From: Candidatus Bathyarchaeota archaeon
GTDB lineage: Archaea; Thermoproteota; Bathyarchaeia; Bathyarchaeales; Bathycorpusculaceae
NCBI GenBank assembly: GCA_963806535.1
Contig: CAWDYC010000003.1
Span: 320,001 to 384,000 of the forward strand
Direction of reading: 5' to 3'
Length of the DNA stretch: 64,000 nucleotides
Shown: one piece after another, positions 1 through 11,543 of the stretch
Layout of the letters: each line of letters begins with the position of its first letter
Position numbering within the stretch: the stretch's first letter is position 1
The notes under the pieces: generated by a model
The model's input: the letters and a program-made list of their open reading frames with translations, nothing else
The model's database searches: none
What the model was told of the DNA's origin: nothing
Made by a program: the position numbers and the translations under genes

Positions 1-1097
1 AAATTTGGCGAGGAATTGAGATTCACCGTCCCCTTCACATTGATATTTCTGATTCGCTTCCCGATGTAATTGCTGAAGATATAAAGAAATGGGGAAGAGG
101 ACTTCATTTTTTCGGCAAACTGATGGTTTATAATTATTTATCTGCTGCTAAACTCATAAACGAGTTGATAAAGAAAGAAGGCATGAAATACGATGTTGTT
201 ATTGCCCATGATTGGCTTTCGGCGATGGGTGGAATTACGGTTAAACGAGAAACTGGTTTGCCATTTGCTTTCCATGTTCATTCAACTGAGAAAGGCAGAA
301 CTTTAGGAAACGGTTCAGGTGTAGTAAGCAACATAGAGTTAAGAGCGGGCAAAATGGCAGATATGGTTGTTACAGTATCGTATGCCATGAAAGATGAGCT
401 TATCCAGCTTGGTTTTCCAAGAGAAAAGATTCAGGTAAGCTATAACGGTGTGGACCCACAGAAATACAACCCAGAGACCATTTCTAAAGAGGATATTAAA
501 CGAGTCAGAGCAAAATATGGCATCGGCGATAACGATTTGATGATTCTTTTCTTAGGCAGACTCGTCGCTGTAAAAGGTGTTGATAAACTTATAATGGCAA
601 TGCCTCATATTCTAACAAAAATTCCAAATGCAAGACTTGTAGTTGTAGGGGTAGGCGACTTACAAGAATACATGGCAAACCTAACCAGAACCATGCGACT
701 TGATCAATACGTTAAATTCTGTTTTGACTTCATCCCAGAAGAAGAACGAATTATACATTATGCTGCATGCGACCTAGCAGTTTTCCCCAGCTACTACGAA
801 CCTTTCGGAATTGTTGCTTTAGAGGCAATGAGTATGGAAAAGCCAGTTGTCGTCGGTGCTGCGGGCGTCAGCGGAATGCGTGAAATAGTAATTTGCTGTG
901 GTGAAGAACAATGCGGCTACCATGTTGACCCAAATAACCCATCAGACATAGCATGGGGAGTAATCAGCGCCCTAGAAAACCCTGAAAAGCGCGCGCTACT
1001 TGGCAAAAACGGTAGGAAAAGAGTTTTGGCCGAGTTCACTTGGAGCAAGATAGCCAAAAAAACCATAAGTCTGTACGAAACAATAGCAAAACGCTAG
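1..1097 (+). CDS. GT4 (GT-B) glycosyltransferase, glycogen synthase-like; 5'-truncated by window edge
   Basis: HDWL motif, FLGRL..KG, EPFGIVALEAM; frame is open from position 3 (IWRGIEIHRP...) into the ORF at 123. Confidence 0.9.
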   Translation, partial: IWRGIEIHRPLHIDISDSLPDVIAEDIKKWGRGLHFFGKLMVYNYLSAAKLINELIKKEGMKYDVVIAHDWLSAMGGITVKRETGLPFAFHVHSTEKGRTLGNGSGVVSNIELRAGKMADMVVTVSYAMKDELIQLGFPREKIQVSYNGVDPQKYNPETISKEDIKRVRAKYGIGDNDLMILFLGRLVAVKGVDKLIMAMPHILTKIPNARLVVVGVGDLQEYMANLTRTMRLDQYVKFCFDFIPEEERIIHYAACDLAVFPSYYEPFGIVALEAMSMEKPVVVGAAGVSGMREIVICCGEEQCGYHVDPNNPSDIAWGVISALENPEKRALLGKNGRKRVLAEFTWSKIAKKTISLYETIAKR

Positions 1098-1115
1098 GTA
1101 GCGCTTGGTGCCTAA

Positions 1116-1724
1116 TTGACAGATGAATTAAGAAGCAGAGTCGCCCGTGAGGCAGCCACTTTACTTTATTTTGGCGCTGAAAAAGAATACAAACAAGCAA
1201 AGGTAAAAGCAGGGAAAAATTTAGGTACAAATTTTTTGCCTTCTAACCTTGACGTCGCTTTGGAACTGGATAAAATAGCGGAAGAAAACGAAGGACCAAA
1301 ACGAAAAGAACGCTTAGTAGAAATGCGAAAAGAAGCCCTAAAAATAATGAAACCCCTTAATGCTTATTGTCCCGTTTTAATTGGCAGCGTTTGGCGGGGA
1401 ACAATAAAACAGGGAAGCGATATTGACATTGCAGTTTACGCAGATGACCCTCAGATCATCATTAAAGTTCTCAATGCCAAAAACATCAAGGTTTTGAAAA
1501 TGGTTTGGACAACCGTCAATAAACGAGGAGCAACCTCGGAATCATTTCACATTTATTCTGAAACCTCTGCCAAACACGGACTTGAAATAGTAGTTCGAAA
1601 CCGAGATGAAGCTGGAAAAAAAAGGAAATGCGAAATCTTTGGCGACGAGATGAAAGGCTTAAACATAAAAGAACTTGAAAAAATCATAAGAGAAAACCCA
1701 ACCCAACAATTCATTCCATCATAA
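1116..1724 (+). CDS. Pol-beta-superfamily nucleotidyltransferase domain protein
   Basis: GSVWRG..SDIDI motif. Confidence 0.8.
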   Translation: MTDELRSRVAREAATLLYFGAEKEYKQAKVKAGKNLGTNFLPSNLDVALELDKIAEENEGPKRKERLVEMRKEALKIMKPLNAYCPVLIGSVWRGTIKQGSDIDIAVYADDPQIIIKVLNAKNIKVLKMVWTTVNKRGATSESFHIYSETSAKHGLEIVVRNRDEAGKKRKCEIFGDEMKGLNIKELEKIIRENPTQQFIPS

Positions 1725-1804
1725 TTCTTGGAAAAACTTGATTTTTCATCAAAAAAGAACATAAATAACCATTTCAATAATTATTTTTGTACAACTGATG
1801 AAAA

Positions 1805-2185
1805 ATGGCAATCGATAAAAAATCTCTCAAGAAAATGTTTCCACACTTATACAATGAGCTTGAAACGGGAGAGGTCAAAGTTCCTATTAATGCAGTTAGA
1901 AAAGACCCTGAAGCAATCGAAAACGCTGAATGCGAAGAGGACGAATTCGAACCGACGGTTCCTCTGGACAAACTGCGCCACTTCAATCCTACAGCTGTGG
2001 ATTTCATCCGACGTTGTGACACAAACGCACAGGCGGAAGAAATAATCTCTTATTTAGAGAAGAAAGGGGAAATAACAAAAGAGTACGCTGGAGAACTTCG
2101 AAGTAAACTCAAACGGGATGGCATAAGATGCTTTGGTTCTAAAAAAGAGGAATACTATTACTTCAAAGAAGGCGGAATTTACTAG
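1805..2185 (+). CDS. Conserved archaeal protein (DUF2095-like)
   Basis: FPHLYNEL, PTAVDFIRRCDT, FGSKKE..YY resemble DUF2095. Confidence 0.75.
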   Translation: MAIDKKSLKKMFPHLYNELETGEVKVPINAVRKDPEAIENAECEEDEFEPTVPLDKLRHFNPTAVDFIRRCDTNAQAEEIISYLEKKGEITKEYAGELRSKLKRDGIRCFGSKKEEYYYFKEGGIY

Positions 2186-2375
2186 TTTCAATTCCAGCTA
2201 AATGTCTTAATCAACAGTCAGTTGACCAAAAAGAAGATTTCATTGGTTACTTAATGTAAAATGAAATGTTTATCAAGCGATAAGGGCTTGTTACCTATCA
2301 AGCGCTTTGTCCACATTTTTGTCGGAAAATTAATAAATGAAGAGTCAATTGTACAAATTCAGAAATGGTGATTTT

Positions 2376-3395
2376 ATGACAATTAAAGTAGGAATTAACG
2401 GATTCGGAAGAATCGGAAGACTACTCTACCGAGCAGCAATCGAAAAGAACGCAAACATCGATTTCGTCGCCATAAACGATCTTGCAGACGCAAAAACTAA
2501 CGCTCACCTTCTAAAATATGACTCAATTCACGGGCATTTTCCAGGGACCGTTGAAGTGAAAGGAAACGACTTAGTCGTAAATGGGAAAGAACTCAAATGT
2601 CTCAGCGTAAGAGACCCAGCACAACTACCATGGAAAGACCTTGGAGTTTACCTAGCAGTTGAAAGCACAGGGTTATTCACAAACCGCGAAGGCGCAACTA
2701 AACATCTAACGGCAGGAGCTAAAAAAGTTCTTATTTCAGCGCCCGCAGAAAACCCAGATGCAACATTTGTTTTAGGCGTAAACGACAAAACTTACGATCC
2801 AGTAAAACATAACATTCTAAGCAATGCAAGCTGCACAACAAACGCATTAGCACCAATCAGCAAAGTCTTATCAGAAAACTTCGGTTTAGAAAAAGCGCTA
2901 ATGACGACATGTCACAGCTACACAAACGACCAAAAAGTCCAGGATCTAGTTCACAAAGACCCAAGACGCGCGAGAGCCGCTGCAATCAACATTATCCCAA
3001 CTAGCACAGGGGCTGCAAAAGCAATCGGCCAAGTTCTGCCAAGCTGCGCAGGTAAAATGAATGGATATTCACTACGAGTCCCAACCCCAGACGTTTCAAT
3101 TGTTGACTTAACCGCTATCTTAAGCAAAGACGTTACAAAAGCAGAAATCAACGCCGCAATGAAGAAAGCGGCTGAAGGCGAACTCAAAGGCATTCTGCAG
3201 TACACTGAAGATCCAATCGTTAGCACTGATGTACTTCACAGCACTTATAGTAGCGTTTTCGATGCCGATTTAACCATGGTTTTAGGGGATAAAGGCAACT
3301 TCGTTAAAGTCTTCGCATGGTATGACAACGAATGGGGCTTTAGCAACCGCATGGTTGACTTCATCGAAATGGTAGGCAAAAAAGCAGACGTTTAA
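2376..3395 (+). CDS. gap: Class I (bacterial-type) glyceraldehyde-3-phosphate dehydrogenase
   Basis: [18 protein letters not shown] catalytic Cys, WYDNEWG; ATG 2376 after GGTGA RBS. Confidence 0.97.
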   Translation: MTIKVGINGFGRIGRLLYRAAIEKNANIDFVAINDLADAKTNAHLLKYDSIHGHFPGTVEVKGNDLVVNGKELKCLSVRDPAQLPWKDLGVYLAVESTGLFTNREGATKHLTAGAKKVLISAPAENPDATFVLGVNDKTYDPVKHNILSNASCTTNALAPISKVLSENFGLEKALMTTCHSYTNDQKVQDLVHKDPRRARAAAINIIPTSTGAAKAIGQVLPSCAGKMNGYSLRVPTPDVSIVDLTAILSKDVTKAEINAAMKKAAEGELKGILQYTEDPIVSTDVLHSTYSSVFDADLTMVLGDKGNFVKVFAWYDNEWGFSNRMVDFIEMVGKKADV

Positions 3396-3448
3396 ACAAG
3401 CGAACAAACTAAAATCCATCCTTCTTTTCCTTTTTTGAATTAAAGAAA

Positions 3449-4690
3449 GTGATTAAAATGGCAAAGTACAAAACATTAGATGATTTTGACGTTAAAAATA
3501 AAGTTGTTTTGGTCAGAGTAGACTTTAACTCTGAAATTGACCCAACAACCAAGAAAGTCACAAGCGACGTGCGCATAAAAGCACACGCTGAAACAACACT
3601 GAAAGAACTTGCTGAAAAAGGCGCCAAAACCGTTGTGTTAGCCCATCAGGGACGCAAAGGAGACCCAGATTATACAACGCTAAAACAACACGCTGAAATC
3701 CTCCAGAAAATCCTCAAATGCCCAGTAAAATACGTTGATGATGTCTTTGGCGAAAAAGCAAAAGCCGCTATAAAAAATCTTCAAGCAGGAGAAATTCTGG
3801 TTCTTGAAAACGTGCGATCTTGGGATGGAGAAACCAAAACAGGCACCCCGGAACAACATAGCAAAACGGAACTTGTACAGAATCTTGCGCCCTTAGCAGA
3901 TTTGTTTGTTAATGATGCTTTTGCAGCTGCCCATCGTGGACACGTTTCGATGGTTGGTTTTACCGCGGTTTTGCCAAGCGCTGCAGGACGTATCATGGAA
4001 CGTGAGTTAAAATCGCTAAGCAAAGCACTGGAGAAACCTGAGAAACCTTCGGTTTACGTTATGGGAGGAGCCAAAGCAGACGATAGCCTTGAAATCAGCA
4101 AATATGTGTTAAGCAGTGGCATAGCAGATTACGTTCTTACCGGCGGAGTAACTGGCCAATTGTTCCTTGCAGCTAAAGGCGTTGATTTAGGTAAGGGAAA
4201 CATGGGTTATCTCGCCAAAAAAGAATTAACATGTTTGATTCCAGGCATTAAAGCGTTAGAGGAGCAATTCGGCGAAAAAGTTGTTGTGCCAGTTGATTTT
4301 GCCTTAGAAGTAAATGGCAAACGCAGAGAAATCCCAGTCAGCAAACTGCCAACGGAAAACAGCATCATGGACATCGGCGCCAAAACCGTCGAAAAATACA
4401 ACAGAATCATCGCAACCGCCAAATCCATCGTCGTAAGCGGACCAATGGGCGTGTACGAAAACAAAGAATTCAATTACGGTACAAAAGGGGTTTTCGAAGC
4501 CATCGCAAACAGCAAAGCCTTCAGCCTCGCAGGCGGAGGAAACACGATCGCAGCAATACAAGAATACGGCTTAACCAAAAAAATCAGCTACATAAGCACC
4601 GCTGGCGGTGCCCTCATTGAATTCCTCATGGGTAAAAAACTTCCAGGCGTAGTAGCGCTGGAAAATGCTGTGGCAAAGAAAAAAATCTAA
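3449..4690 (+). CDS. pgk: Phosphoglycerate kinase
   Basis: RVDFN, FVNDAFAAAHR, GGAK, STAGGA motifs; follows gap. Confidence 0.97.
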   Translation: MIKMAKYKTLDDFDVKNKVVLVRVDFNSEIDPTTKKVTSDVRIKAHAETTLKELAEKGAKTVVLAHQGRKGDPDYTTLKQHAEILQKILKCPVKYVDDVFGEKAKAAIKNLQAGEILVLENVRSWDGETKTGTPEQHSKTELVQNLAPLADLFVNDAFAAAHRGHVSMVGFTAVLPSAAGRIMERELKSLSKALEKPEKPSVYVMGGAKADDSLEISKYVLSSGIADYVLTGGVTGQLFLAAKGVDLGKGNMGYLAKKELTCLIPGIKALEEQFGEKVVVPVDFALEVNGKRREIPVSKLPTENSIMDIGAKTVEKYNRIIATAKSIVVSGPMGVYENKEFNYGTKGVFEAIANSKAFSLAGGGNTIAAIQEYGLTKKISYISTAGGALIEFLMGKKLPGVVALENAVAKKKI

Positions 4691-4703
4691 CATCCTCCTT
4701 TTT

Positions 4704-5453
4704 TCATTTTAAGCTTAAACCAGTAATTTCAACCAAAAGGCTAAAAATTGACTCCAAATCTTTTGCTACAAAATCCGGTTCTTGTTGACTTTCAATCAAG
4801 TCTTTTAAAGTGTTAAATTGCGAAGGAACAAATATTGTTATGAGCCCTGCTTGTTTGGCGCCTTTGATATCTTCGATTGGACTGTCGCCAATGTAAACAG
4901 TGTTTTTTGCCTCAACTCCGAGTCGGTTTAAGGCGTCTTCGAAAATTTTAGGGCTTGGTTTTCGCCATCCGTTCTCGTCTGAAACCACAACCATGTTGAA
5001 GAACATATGAATGCCAAGCAACCTTAGGCTTTTGTGGATAACTGGCGCGTGAGTAAAGTTTGAGATTAAACCGACTTTGCATTGTTCTTGGGCTTGTTTA
5101 AGTAGTTTTTTTGCGCCGTCTCTTAATTCAAACGTGTCAACGAAGGCTTTAAAGAAAACGTTAAGTGCACATTTGATTCGAAAATCATCCGCTGTCACCT
5201 TGAAGCCCAAATTGCAAAGCGCTTCTGCTACCCAAATAGCATTGGTTACCTCTCTTAGCTGTTCATATCGAACAATTCGATATTTTTCATGGGCTAAATC
5301 GTAGGCTTGTAGAAAACAACTTTTTGAAACATCGAAGCCTTCAGCAAACAATGCTGAGTATAGTTTTTCTTTTGAAGCGTCCATAGTGTAACCTTTGCAG
5401 TTTACCAATGTGCCAATGTAATCGAATATCACTGCTTTAGTGTACGACATCAA
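4704..5453 (-). CDS. HAD-superfamily hydrolase
   Basis: IFDYIGTL, ISN, KPSP, YIGDS..DI.GA. Confidence 0.9.
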   Translation of the reverse strand: MMSYTKAVIFDYIGTLVNCKGYTMDASKEKLYSALFAEGFDVSKSCFLQAYDLAHEKYRIVRYEQLREVTNAIWVAEALCNLGFKVTADDFRIKCALNVFFKAFVDTFELRDGAKKLLKQAQEQCKVGLISNFTHAPVIHKSLRLLGIHMFFNMVVVSDENGWRKPSPKIFEDALNRLGVEAKNTVYIGDSPIEDIKGAKQAGLITIFVPSQFNTLKDLIESQQEPDFVAKDLESIFSLLVEITGLSLK

Positions 5454-6196
5454 GGCTCTCTCTTTTCAATCAGCATCATGCTTTTAGCGATTTTTCTTAG
5501 TTTTTTGGCGATGACAGTGTTAAGCAATTCTTTTTGGTTGCCAATAGCACCCTCAACGGCCGGATCATAAGGGATTTCGCCGAGATATTTTAGCCCCAAC
5601 TTGCCAGTTTCCTCCTCTACGCCTTCAGCCACATCCATTTTCATGTTTTCAACGACGCCAATGATTGGCATTTTTAACTCGCACAGCAAAGCCACTTGTT
5701 TCTTGACTGTTTCAAAAGCCAAAAGCGACGGCGTTGTGACTATCAAAAATTCTATGCGTTTGATCAGCCGTACCAAATCTAGAATTACATCGCCAATTCC
5801 GGGAGGCATGTCAATAACTAAAAAATCAAGCGTGCCCCACTGTGTAATTGCAAGAAGTTCGATAAGGGCATTTGAAACATCCGCTCCGCGCAAGGGTGCG
5901 GGGTTATCTCCGACAAAGTAAACAATCGACATGTATTCCAAGCCGTCCACTGTTGGCGGAACTAAGCCTTTATCTTCTTTCGGCTGAACGTTTTGGGCAC
6001 CAAGGATAATGTGGGTTGACGGGCCTGTGAAGTCCAAGTCAAACAAACCTACTTTGCAGCCGTTATTCGCCAAAGTTAATGCAAGTGTGGTTGCAACCAT
6101 GCTTTTGCCAACGCCGCCCTTGCCGCTTGAAACGGCGATAATTCTGCTTATCCGCGCCAATCGCTCATTAATTATGCTTGTTCGCGGATCAACCAC
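5450..6196 (-). CDS. Mrp/NBP35 family P-loop ATPase
   Basis: SGKGGVGKS, DMPPG.GD, VVENM; downstream of hypA. Confidence 0.92.
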   Translation of the reverse strand: MVDPRTSIINERLARISRIIAVSSGKGGVGKSMVATTLALTLANNGCKVGLFDLDFTGPSTHIILGAQNVQPKEDKGLVPPTVDGLEYMSIVYFVGDNPAPLRGADVSNALIELLAITQWGTLDFLVIDMPPGIGDVILDLVRLIKRIEFLIVTTPSLLAFETVKKQVALLCELKMPIIGVVENMKMDVAEGVEEETGKLGLKYLGEIPYDPAVEGAIGNQKELLNTVIAKKLRKIAKSMMLIEKREP

Positions 6197-6198
6197 GT

Positions 6199-6597
6199 TT
6201 ATTTAGCTCCTTTTATATTCTCAAGCCAAACTCCACGTCCGCTAACGATTTCAAAGTCAGAACTACCGCATTTAGGACACCTAATGTATGTATGTGCAAC
6301 TTCAGGAACAAAATGGATAGCTTCAGCAGTGGTTTTATCAAGTTTCTTGATATTAAATTGCCATGTAGTTCCGCAAGCCCTGCATTTGAGAGTTGACTTA
6401 GCCCTCAAAATATGAAATTTGGCGTTTTTAAAAGTCTCAGTTTTAATTTGTGAAAGAGCAAAACGCAAAATTGGGGGCTCAACCTGCTGAAGTTCACCGA
6501 CCCTTATAGTGACTTCTGTCACTTCCTTCAAACCTTCCTGTTCAGCAACTTGCTTCGCCGATGTAAGAATAGCTTCAGCTAAAGCCCATTCATGCAT
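6199..6597 (-). CDS. hypA: Hydrogenase nickel incorporation protein HypA
   Basis: MHE N-terminus, CRAC and CPKC zinc site, SGRG. Confidence 0.95.
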   Translation of the reverse strand: MHEWALAEAILTSAKQVAEQEGLKEVTEVTIRVGELQQVEPPILRFALSQIKTETFKNAKFHILRAKSTLKCRACGTTWQFNIKKLDKTTAEAIHFVPEVAHTYIRCPKCGSSDFEIVSGRGVWLENIKGAK

Positions 6598-6742
6598 AAA
6601 GTAACCATGCTTAACGCATCTTTAAAAGAATATTGCATCAAACCAAGGTTTCAAAACTGAAAAACAAAGTGTGCGAACAAGCAATGGCTAACCTTAATTC
6701 TCTCGATTGCTTATTTTTAAATGTCTTAAGCGGTGATTTCTT

Positions 6743-7309
6743 TTGGAGAAAAAATTCAATATTCTTGCCTTCGCTGGAAGCCTAAGAAAAGGCTCCTATA
6801 ACAAAGCCTTAGTGTGGGCTGCTGTGGAGCTAGCGCCTGAAAATGTCTCGATAGAGGTTTTTGATTTAGAAGGCATCCCACCCTTCAACCAAGACCTTGA
6901 AAACACTCCAAACCAAAGAGTAAAAGAGTTCAAAGAAAAAATCAGAAATACAGACGCCCTTCTAATTGCCACGCCAGAATACAACTACTCTATCCCTGGA
7001 GTTCTAAAGAACGCTCTTGATTGGGCTTCAAGACCGTTTCAAGAAAATGTGCTTAAAGGTAAACCAGTCGCCATCATGAGCGCGTCAACGGGAAGGTTTG
7101 GTGGAGCAAGGGCACAGTATCACCTTCGTCAAACGTTTGTCATGACTAATATGTATGCGGTTAATCAGCCTGAAATTATGTTAGCCTCTGCGGCTGAGAA
7201 CGTAGATGGCAATGGCAAGTTGACTAATGAGCAAACAAAAGCGCTTATTCGGCAGCTTATTGAAGCACTCGTGGCATGGACTAATATGTTAAAACGTAAG
7301 CCGCAATGA
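6743..7309 (+). CDS. NADPH-dependent FMN reductase (ChrR/SsuE-like flavodoxin fold)
   Basis: GSLRKGSYN, TPEYNYSIPGVLKNALDW, GGARAQ. Confidence 0.93.
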   Translation: MEKKFNILAFAGSLRKGSYNKALVWAAVELAPENVSIEVFDLEGIPPFNQDLENTPNQRVKEFKEKIRNTDALLIATPEYNYSIPGVLKNALDWASRPFQENVLKGKPVAIMSASTGRFGGARAQYHLRQTFVMTNMYAVNQPEIMLASAAENVDGNGKLTNEQTKALIRQLIEALVAWTNMLKRKPQ

Positions 7310-7397
7310 ATCGATTAGCGGTTCCTCATTTTTAGCGCTGACTTTGCGAAGCCTTAAAACGGTTAATGTATCAAACGTTAGCAATGAGGCATTAGGT

Positions 7398-8702
7398 ATG
7401 AGAGTCATTGCTGATCTGCACATTCATGGACGGTACAGTCGAGCAACAAGCGAACAAATGAATATCCCAGAAATCGCCCGTTACTCAAAAATTAAAGGCT
7501 TAAACCTTGTTGGCACAGGCGATTTCACCCACCCTCAATGGCTAAAAGAAATAAACGAAACCCTAACGCCTGAAGAGGGCACGGGACTCTTCAAGTTAAA
7601 AGCCAAGGCTGATTCACCAGTCCGCTTTATGCTTACAACAGAAGTCTGCACTATTTTTGATTATAAAGGTGAATCAAAGAAAATTCACCAGGTCATATTA
7701 ACGCCCAGTATGGAAACGGCTATTCAAATTAATGAAAGACTCAAAGGTTTTGGCGATTTAGCGTCAGACGGCAGACCAATTTTAGACATGACGGCATCAC
7801 AGCTTGTTGAGCAAGTGATGGCTGTTTCAGCCGAAAACATGGTTTTTCCAGCCCATGCTTGGACACCATGGTACAGCATTTTCGGCGCTTTCAGCGGCTT
7901 TGACACTATTGAAGACTGCTACCAAGATATGAGCAAACACATTTATGCCTTGGAAACTGGGCTCTCAGCTGACCCTCCGATGAATTGGCGTCTTAGCAAA
8001 CTTGATAGGTTTGCGCTAGTTTCGAACAGTGACTGCCACAGTTTTTGGCCTTGGCGAATCGGCAGGGAAGCTAACGTTTTCGAACTCGAAAAGTTCAGCT
8101 ATCGAGAAGTTATAGACGCTATTAAGAGCAATAATTCAGAACATTTCAAGTTTACAATTGAAACCGATCCTGCGTACGGCAAGTATCATTGGACGGGGCA
8201 TCGCAATTGTAAAATGTCTCTTTCGCCCCAAGAAGCAATAAAAGTCAATAATATCTGCCCCGTTTGCCGCAGAAAACTCACTAAAGGTGTAGAGCAACGC
8301 GTTGAAGAACTTGCTGATAGACCTGTAAACTTCAAACGTGAAGGAGCTCCCGGGTTTATGCGTTTATTGCCGCTTTCTGAAATAATTGCTACAGTTTTAG
8401 GCTCTGATTCTCCTTCGACCCAGGCGGTTTGGAAGAATTATACTTCGTTAACTGAAAACTTCGGTGACGAATACACTGTTCTAATTGACGCGCCCTTGGA
8501 AGGTTTAACCAATATTGTTGATGCACCAATTGCTCAAGCCATCATCAAAGTCAGAAATGGCACAGCCAAAGTCACTCCAGGATACGACGGCGTTTATGGA
8601 CAACTGGTTTTAGACGTCGAAGTCCCAACAATCAAACCCAAACCTAAGCTTCCACGTGAAATGGTTAAGCAAATGAATATGTCTGATTTTTTCGGAAAAT
8701 AA
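7398..8702 (+). CDS. Endonuclease Q (PHP domain plus Zn finger)
   Basis: ADLHIH, GTGDFTHP, PAHAWTP, SNSD.HS, GKYH.TGH..C, CPVC, PGYDG.YG. Confidence 0.9.
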   Translation: MRVIADLHIHGRYSRATSEQMNIPEIARYSKIKGLNLVGTGDFTHPQWLKEINETLTPEEGTGLFKLKAKADSPVRFMLTTEVCTIFDYKGESKKIHQVILTPSMETAIQINERLKGFGDLASDGRPILDMTASQLVEQVMAVSAENMVFPAHAWTPWYSIFGAFSGFDTIEDCYQDMSKHIYALETGLSADPPMNWRLSKLDRFALVSNSDCHSFWPWRIGREANVFELEKFSYREVIDAIKSNNSEHFKFTIETDPAYGKYHWTGHRNCKMSLSPQEAIKVNNICPVCRRKLTKGVEQRVEELADRPVNFKREGAPGFMRLLPLSEIIATVLGSDSPSTQAVWKNYTSLTENFGDEYTVLIDAPLEGLTNIVDAPIAQAIIKVRNGTAKVTPGYDGVYGQLVLDVEVPTIKPKPKLPREMVKQMNMSDFFGK

Positions 8703-8800
8703 ATTAGGTTAGCTTTCAGGGACTATCAGAGATACACAATGATTTAATTCCCCAAGAATAATTCTAGTTAGAAGCTTCAACTTACTGAGGATAGATACTC

Positions 8801-10186
8801 TTGAAAGATCTCCTGACAAAGATTAATAATATAGCCACTCAAAAATTCGGAGCCCAATACGCTGAAGCCCGAGCCCAAAAACTCTACAAAACAATGCTTG
8901 CCATAAAAGAGGAGCGTGTAGAAGGGGCTAAACAGGGTATTGAGAACGGCGTTGCTTTGCGGGTTCTCGTAAATGGCGCGTGGGGTTTCGCATCTGTCGG
9001 TTCATTAGATGTTGATATTTTGAAGAGTGCAGTTTCGGATGCGTGCAGTATGGCAAGAATGGCTAGTTCACGGTTGAAAACGCCGATTAAACTAGCAGAC
9101 GCCAAAATTATTACTGACCGAGTAGTGTCAAAGCCAAAAAAGAATCCGTCAGATATTTTGATGGAAGACAAAGTTAAAACTGCTTTGGCAGTGAACAAGA
9201 CAAGCTTGAGATTTGATAAGCGAATTAAAAGCTGCAACATGGACTATATGGATTTGACTGGAACCAGTTATTTTTCAAACAGTGAAGGCACAAACATAGA
9301 GCAGGATAAATTATATGTTTGGGCAAGAATAACTGCTTCAGCTCTCAGCGAGGGAGTCTATACTTTTAGTCGAGAAGAAATAGGCTCAACCGCAGGCTAC
9401 GAAGTATTCGATGAACAAACCCCTGAAGTTTTAGGTGAAAAAGTTGCTAAACGTGCGGTTGAACAGTTAAGTGCTAAATCGCCAAAAGGGGGAATGTTTC
9501 CGGTGGTTTTGGGTCCAAACGTTGTGGGAGTTTTTGTTCATGAAGCATTTGGACACCTGGCTGAAGCCGATTTAGCTCTTGCCGGTGGAATTTTAGCGGA
9601 TAATATTGGAAAGAAAATTGGTTCAAATTTAGTGACGTTCTACGATGATGGCACGATTGACGGTTCTTTTGGAGCTTTCAAGTACGACGATGAAGGGGTT
9701 CAATCACAGAAAACATTACTTATAGAAAACGGAGTTGTAGCTGGGTTGATGCACAATCGTGAAACTGCACAAAAATTCAGTGTCCAACCTACTGGTAATG
9801 CGAGGGCTGAAGATTTCCGTGTTGAACCGATAATTCGTATGCGATGTACCTACATGGCTCCCAGAGATCAATCTTTAGAAGAACTGGTAGAAGACGTCAA
9901 ACAGGGTTATTATTTCAAGAGTTTTAGAGGTGGACAAGCGAACCTTGATGGCACTTTCCAAGTCGGCATCCAAGAAGGATACGAAATAATTAATGGAGAG
10001 ATAGGCGCTCCAGTCCGTGATGCATCAATAAGCGGAAACACTCTTGAAACTTTACATCATGTTGACGCTGTGGGAAAAGATTTTCTGACTGATTCTGGAA
10101 GATGCGGGAAAGGTCAAATAGCATTCATTTGTGATGGTGGACCCCATATTAGAGTTAAGGAGATGGTTGTGGGTGGCAGTTCTTAA
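8801..10186 (+). CDS. tldD: TldD family metalloprotease
   Basis: HEAFGH..EAD zinc motif, GRCGKGQ, GGPH. Confidence 0.92.
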   Translation: MKDLLTKINNIATQKFGAQYAEARAQKLYKTMLAIKEERVEGAKQGIENGVALRVLVNGAWGFASVGSLDVDILKSAVSDACSMARMASSRLKTPIKLADAKIITDRVVSKPKKNPSDILMEDKVKTALAVNKTSLRFDKRIKSCNMDYMDLTGTSYFSNSEGTNIEQDKLYVWARITASALSEGVYTFSREEIGSTAGYEVFDEQTPEVLGEKVAKRAVEQLSAKSPKGGMFPVVLGPNVVGVFVHEAFGHLAEADLALAGGILADNIGKKIGSNLVTFYDDGTIDGSFGAFKYDDEGVQSQKTLLIENGVVAGLMHNRETAQKFSVQPTGNARAEDFRVEPIIRMRCTYMAPRDQSLEELVEDVKQGYYFKSFRGGQANLDGTFQVGIQEGYEIINGEIGAPVRDASISGNTLETLHHVDAVGKDFLTDSGRCGKGQIAFICDGGPHIRVKEMVVGGSS

Positions 10187-11537
10187 AAAAGAAACGATGC
10201 TAAGTTTAGCTGAAAATGCAGTTAAAGTAGCTATGCAAAAGGGAGCCTCTGAAGCCGAAGCTTATGTTTACGAGGGGCAAGCAACAAACATCGGTATTGA
10301 ACTGGGGCAAATTAGCAAAACCAATAGGATAATTGACCGAGGCTTAGGCATTCGTGTGGCTGCAAACAAAGCGGTGGGTTTTGCCTACACAAATGTCATT
10401 GATGATCAAAACGCAGTTGAAAACGCAATTGCTGGTGCTTTGAGTGCAGCAAAAGCAAGCAAACCAGACGCGGATTGGAAGGGGTTTCCACAAAAGAAAC
10501 CTTACGCTTCGCTTAAGCAAACCTTTGATGAAAAAGTCATTTCGCTTAGCTCAGACGAACTGGTTAAGATAGCTTCGACAATGCTGGACGCTGCCAGTCA
10601 AGTTGACAAGCGTGTTGCGCCAATTGAAGGAGGAATAGGAAACGCGTATATTTCTAGTGCTATCGTCAACTCAAACGGGGTCTCAGGTTTCGATAAAGGA
10701 ACAGTAATTGAATGTAGCATTGCGGCGCTGGCGAAAGAAGGAAACACTGTCACGCCAGTTTGCTTCGAATTTAATGCTTCGAGAATGTACAACATTAACC
10801 CTGAATGGGTTGGAAAAGAAGCGGCAAAAATGGCTCTTTCAGCCCTAAAAACTAAATCAGTTGAAACGAAATCCACCACTCTTATTTTTACGCAGTTTGC
10901 TTTGCAAGACCTTTTTGCTAACACATTAATTAACGCTGTAAGAGCGGACAATGTCCAGAGGAACCAGTCTCCATTTAAAGATAAACTTGGAGAAAAAGTT
11001 GCTTCAGATAACTTAACTATCTTTGATGATGGCTTATTCCCAGGCGGATTGCGCACTTGGTCTTTTGACGGAGAAGGAGTTCCGCATCAAAAAACAGCGG
11101 TGATAGAAAAAGGGATTCTAAAAAACTTTCTATACGACAACTATTCTGCACGAAAAGACGGAAAAGAAAGCACAGGAAACGCTTCCAGGGCAGGATACCT
11201 GTCAACTCCCAGCATAGACACCACAAACTTCCACGTTACGCCTGGAAACAAAACATCCGACGAAATGCTAAGTGAAGTAGATGACGGCTTAATAATCTAT
11301 TATCTGCAGGGAGCTCACAGCAGTAACCCTGTAAGCGGCGAATTCTCGGTTGTGGCAACTCCGGCCTGGAAAATAAAAGATGGAGAAATAGTTCATTGTA
11401 GCCGAGGAGTCATGTTGGCAGGCAACATTTTTGAAGTTCTGAAAAACGTGAGTTTAGTCGGCAGCAATGAGCGTCAGATGGGACAGTTAATTTCGCCTTG
11501 GATTCAAGTTGAAAATGTTCGAGTGATTGGAAAATAA
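10173..11537 (+). CDS. pmbA: PmbA/TldE family protein
   Basis: FDGEG, STGNA, SGEFS; lacks HExxxH; coupled to tldD; start uncertain (GTG 10173 or ATG 10197). Confidence 0.88.
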   Translation: MAVLKKETMLSLAENAVKVAMQKGASEAEAYVYEGQATNIGIELGQISKTNRIIDRGLGIRVAANKAVGFAYTNVIDDQNAVENAIAGALSAAKASKPDADWKGFPQKKPYASLKQTFDEKVISLSSDELVKIASTMLDAASQVDKRVAPIEGGIGNAYISSAIVNSNGVSGFDKGTVIECSIAALAKEGNTVTPVCFEFNASRMYNINPEWVGKEAAKMALSALKTKSVETKSTTLIFTQFALQDLFANTLINAVRADNVQRNQSPFKDKLGEKVASDNLTIFDDGLFPGGLRTWSFDGEGVPHQKTAVIEKGILKNFLYDNYSARKDGKESTGNASRAGYLSTPSIDTTNFHVTPGNKTSDEMLSEVDDGLIIYYLQGAHSSNPVSGEFSVVATPAWKIKDGEIVHCSRGVMLAGNIFEVLKNVSLVGSNERQMGQLISPWIQVENVRVIGK

Positions 11538-11543
11538 AATATG

